From an uncultured Erysipelotrichaceae bacterium (GTDB lineage: Bacteria; Bacillota_I; Bacilli_A; Erysipelotrichales; Erysipelotrichaceae), in assembly GCA_964457525.1 (NCBI GenBank), contig CAYWGS010000062.1, forward strand, positions 1 through 8,529: a DNA stretch of 8,529 bases, read 5' to 3'. Below the pieces are notes generated by a model that made no database searches, was not told the origin of the DNA, and saw only the letters and a program-made list of their open reading frames with translations. The position numbers were made by a program, and so were the translations under genes. Below are positions 7,163 through 8,529 of the stretch, piece by piece. The first letter of the stretch is position 1; each line of letters begins with the position of its first letter.

Positions 7163-7503
7163 TTAATCCTGACTTAAATTACATAGATGCATAATAAGGA
7201 ATTTGCGTTCACTCTCCATATATGGAACCGGTGAATGATTGGAAATCATTTCAAACAACTCTACCGCTTGATTGAACTTTGGATCCATTTCAATTTGACT
7301 CCAAATACTATCATCAAATTCTAACTCTTCATTTTGATCAACCGTACGTTGAGTTGCCATCGCTAGTGCGTGGTGAACATTTCCATCTTACCTTCTTCAA
7401 ACGAATATCCACTCAAAAGATCGATGACTTTTATGACATAGTCCGCAACCGCTTTTGAAATAATATTGGCTTCAAGTAAGATATTAATTCTTTCTATTAA
7501 CAT
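7163..7503 (-). pseudogene. yhfY: YhfY-like stand-alone PRD-domain protein, split by a 1-nt frameshift.
   Basis: The ATG at 7503..7501 (SD GAGGAAAAAATG) opens a 46-codon ORF: MLIERINILLEANIISKAVADYVIKVIDLLSGYSFEEGKMEMFTTH, ending at TAG 7365..7363. This ORF is too short to be in the track. The track ORF 7163..7360 (MATQRTVDQ...FLIMHLCNLSQD) continues in the -1 frame, which is open from 7387. Joining the two gives ...MFTTH-LAMATQR..., a PRD-like T-H-L-A-x-A-x-x-R histidine motif, plus a second conserved-His motif, IMHLC. The joined length of about 113 aa is close to E. coli YhfY (about 120 aa). Confidence 0.7.
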
Positions 7504-7520
7504 TTTTTCCTCAATCTAAT

Positions 7521-7555
7521 CAATATACAATATTTTGTATATTGTATTTTACAAT
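7521..7555. promoter_or_regulatory. Overlapping dyad-symmetric candidate operators at and just downstream of the predicted transcription start.
   Basis: Dyad 1 is CAATATACAA (7521..7530), spacer TATT, then TTGTATATTG (7535..7544), with perfect 10-bp arms. Dyad 2 is ATTGTA (7541..7546), spacer TTT, then TACAAT (7550..7555), and it shares bases with the right arm of dyad 1. The TACAAT/ATTGTA core recurs three times. Both dyads lie between the -10 box and the yhfY SD. Confidence 0.45.
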
Positions 7556-7558
7556 TTC

Positions 7559-7586
7559 ATTATACCCCAGAACGGTTGTTTGTCAA
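7559..7586 (-). promoter_or_regulatory. Sigma-70/SigA-type operon promoter with consensus -35 and -10 hexamers.
   Basis: The minus strand reads TTGACA (7586..7581), a 16-nt spacer, then TATAAT (7564..7559). Both hexamers match the consensus perfectly. The predicted TSS is near 7552, which gives a leader of about 50 nt before the yhfY ATG. The -35 box begins only 5 nt after the yhfZ stop codon. Confidence 0.6.
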
Positions 7587-7590
7587 CACT

Positions 7591-8514
7591 TTAGTAACTT
7601 GGGGTAATTTTACCGTCTAATACGAGTTTTTGTATATTAACCACAGAATCCACATCAATAATCTCATTGAGTAGAATCGCGAGTTCTGGTTTGTCTTTAC
7701 TCACGACGATCACCGCTTCAGTATCTTCAGAATTTTTTTGAGCTACTGTAATGTAATTGATCTTTACAAACTTATCTGTGATTTCATCTTTATTCCAAAC
7801 AGCCGCGTCAATATCTCCAGAGATAACTTTATCTAAAATCTGAGAGTACTCCGTTTGTACGAAGGTCACATCGATTCCCTTACATACTTTCTCCGTCAAA
7901 TCCTTTTGGTCAATGGAGTCCGCATCAATCCCAACTTTCATTCCAGGTAAGATCTCATGAACATCTTTATTATGAAAAATAACGATGTGTTCACTTAAAT
8001 AAGAGTTAATCCCAAACGACTTAACAACCATAATCGAATCATTCTTCATTAGAAATTGATTCGCCGCATATTTTGAAACAACCGCATAATCATAACGATC
8101 CGACAGTAACATGCCAATCCGATTCACTGCCCCTCTCATATAGGCCATATACGCTGGTACATTGTATTGATTTTCCATCGCCACAATTAAACCTGACGCA
8201 AATCCTTCATATTTCTTGGAGTATGGAAGTGGCATAACCCCTACAATACTTGTAATCCCTGAGAACTCTAAAAGGATACGTGTATTCTTCTCAATCAAAA
8301 AAGTTCCAAGATGTCCTCTTGATTCAAGTCGTATTGCCTTATTGTTCTGTAGAAACTTCAAAGAGTTTTGAACGGTCCCTCTCGCTAAATCCATCGTTTC
8401 ACATAATTCTGTAATCGTTGGTATATTAGATCCTACCGAGTGTTTTAAAAACTCCTTGGCTAGTTTCATTGTCGCAAATCCATTTTTACTCAGTAACATT
8501 TGTTGATAATTCAT
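7591..8514 (-). CDS. yhfZ: YhfZ-like transcriptional regulator: an N-terminal winged-HTH plus a C-terminal periplasmic-binding-protein-like ligand domain.
   Basis: 307-aa ORF. The N-terminus IPTITELCETMDLARGTVQNSLKFLQNNKAIRLESRGHLGTFL looks like a GntR-style wHTH. The segment VGVMPLPYSKKYEGFASGL, the DAAVWN motif and the C-terminal ...PSY match what I recall of E. coli YhfZ (301 aa). The SD AAGGTG lies upstream of the ATG at 8514. The gene's own promoter is outside the window. Confidence 0.8.
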   Translation of the reverse strand: MNYQQMLLSKNGFATMKLAKEFLKHSVGSNIPTITELCETMDLARGTVQNSLKFLQNNKAIRLESRGHLGTFLIEKNTRILLEFSGITSIVGVMPLPYSKKYEGFASGLIVAMENQYNVPAYMAYMRGAVNRIGMLLSDRYDYAVVSKYAANQFLMKNDSIMVVKSFGINSYLSEHIVIFHNKDVHEILPGMKVGIDADSIDQKDLTEKVCKGIDVTFVQTEYSQILDKVISGDIDAAVWNKDEITDKFVKINYITVAQKNSEDTEAVIVVSKDKPELAILLNEIIDVDSVVNIQKLVLDGKITPSY

Positions 8515-8529
8515 AGAAGCACCTTGTCG

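Noticed and set aside
7163-7360. The 65-aa track ORF (MATQRTVDQ...) read as an independent small protein gene.
   Set aside because: It has no SD of its own. Its reading frame is open upstream to 7387. It joins an SD-preceded 46-codon ORF (7503..7363) to form one PRD-domain-sized protein. It is better explained as the C-terminal part of a frameshifted yhfY-like gene.
7363-7387. Programmed -1 ribosomal frameshifting to join the two yhfY fragments.
   Set aside because: The frame-overlap window (GATGGAAATGTTCACCACGCACTAG) holds no X-XXY-YYZ slippery heptamer. I see no obvious downstream stimulatory hairpin or pseudoknot. A simple 1-nt deletion or a sequencing error is more parsimonious.
7521-7544. 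The leader palindrome read as a BglG/LicT-type RAT antiterminator target for the PRD protein.
   Set aside because: The YhfY-like protein is only about 113 aa and consists of a single PRD. It has no CAT RNA-binding domain. No terminator hairpin with a U-tract overlaps the palindrome before the yhfY start. A DNA operator for the adjacent wHTH regulator is the simpler reading, although an RNA role is not excluded.
1-8529. A search for mobile elements, CRISPR repeats, tRNA or rRNA genes, toxin-antitoxin pairs or defence-system hallmarks.
   Set aside because: I saw no transposase-like or integrase-like ORFs, no terminal inverted repeats, no regularly spaced direct repeats and no cloverleaf-like segments. 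Coding density is explained entirely by the nine minus-strand genes. The window reads as a metabolic operon rather than a mobile or defence island.

Overview
The window is AT-rich and every real gene is on the minus strand. The GGAGG-type Shine-Dalgarno sites look Firmicutes-like, which is an inference. It holds one regulator gene and, downstream of it, a tightly coupled eight-gene operon. I recognise this as a homologue of the functionally unassigned Escherichia coli yhfZ-yhfY-yhfX-yhfW-php-yhfU-yhfT-yhfS locus.

The transcription order here is:
- yhfZ-like regulator (8514..7591)
- near-consensus promoter plus overlapping dyad operators (7586..7521)
- yhfY-like PRD protein, frameshifted (7503..7163)
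- yhfU/DUF2620 (7119..6739)
- yhfT membrane protein (6735..5416)
- hairpin (5385..5357)
- php phosphotriesterase-homology hydrolase (5331..4465)
- a compact, divergent amidase-signature protein that the E. coli locus does not have (4462..3473)
- yhfS SelA/DgaE-like PLP enzyme (3466..2360)
- yhfX fold-type-III PLP enzyme (2369..1215)
- yhfW phosphopentomutase-like mutase (1218..<1)

The yhfW-like gene is missing from the supplied ORF track because it has no stop codon inside the window. All seven plus-strand ORFs in the track are antisense shadows of these genes. I saw no tRNA or rRNA, CRISPR array, transposase or integrase.

The most interesting content is the operon itself, an orphan pathway with no known substrate. 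Also notable are the extra amidase, the YhfT/YhfU pair in an operon that apparently handles phosphorylated substrates but has no kinase, the broken PRD gene, and the promoter-operator layout. All homology statements rest on motifs recognised by eye; no database search was possible.
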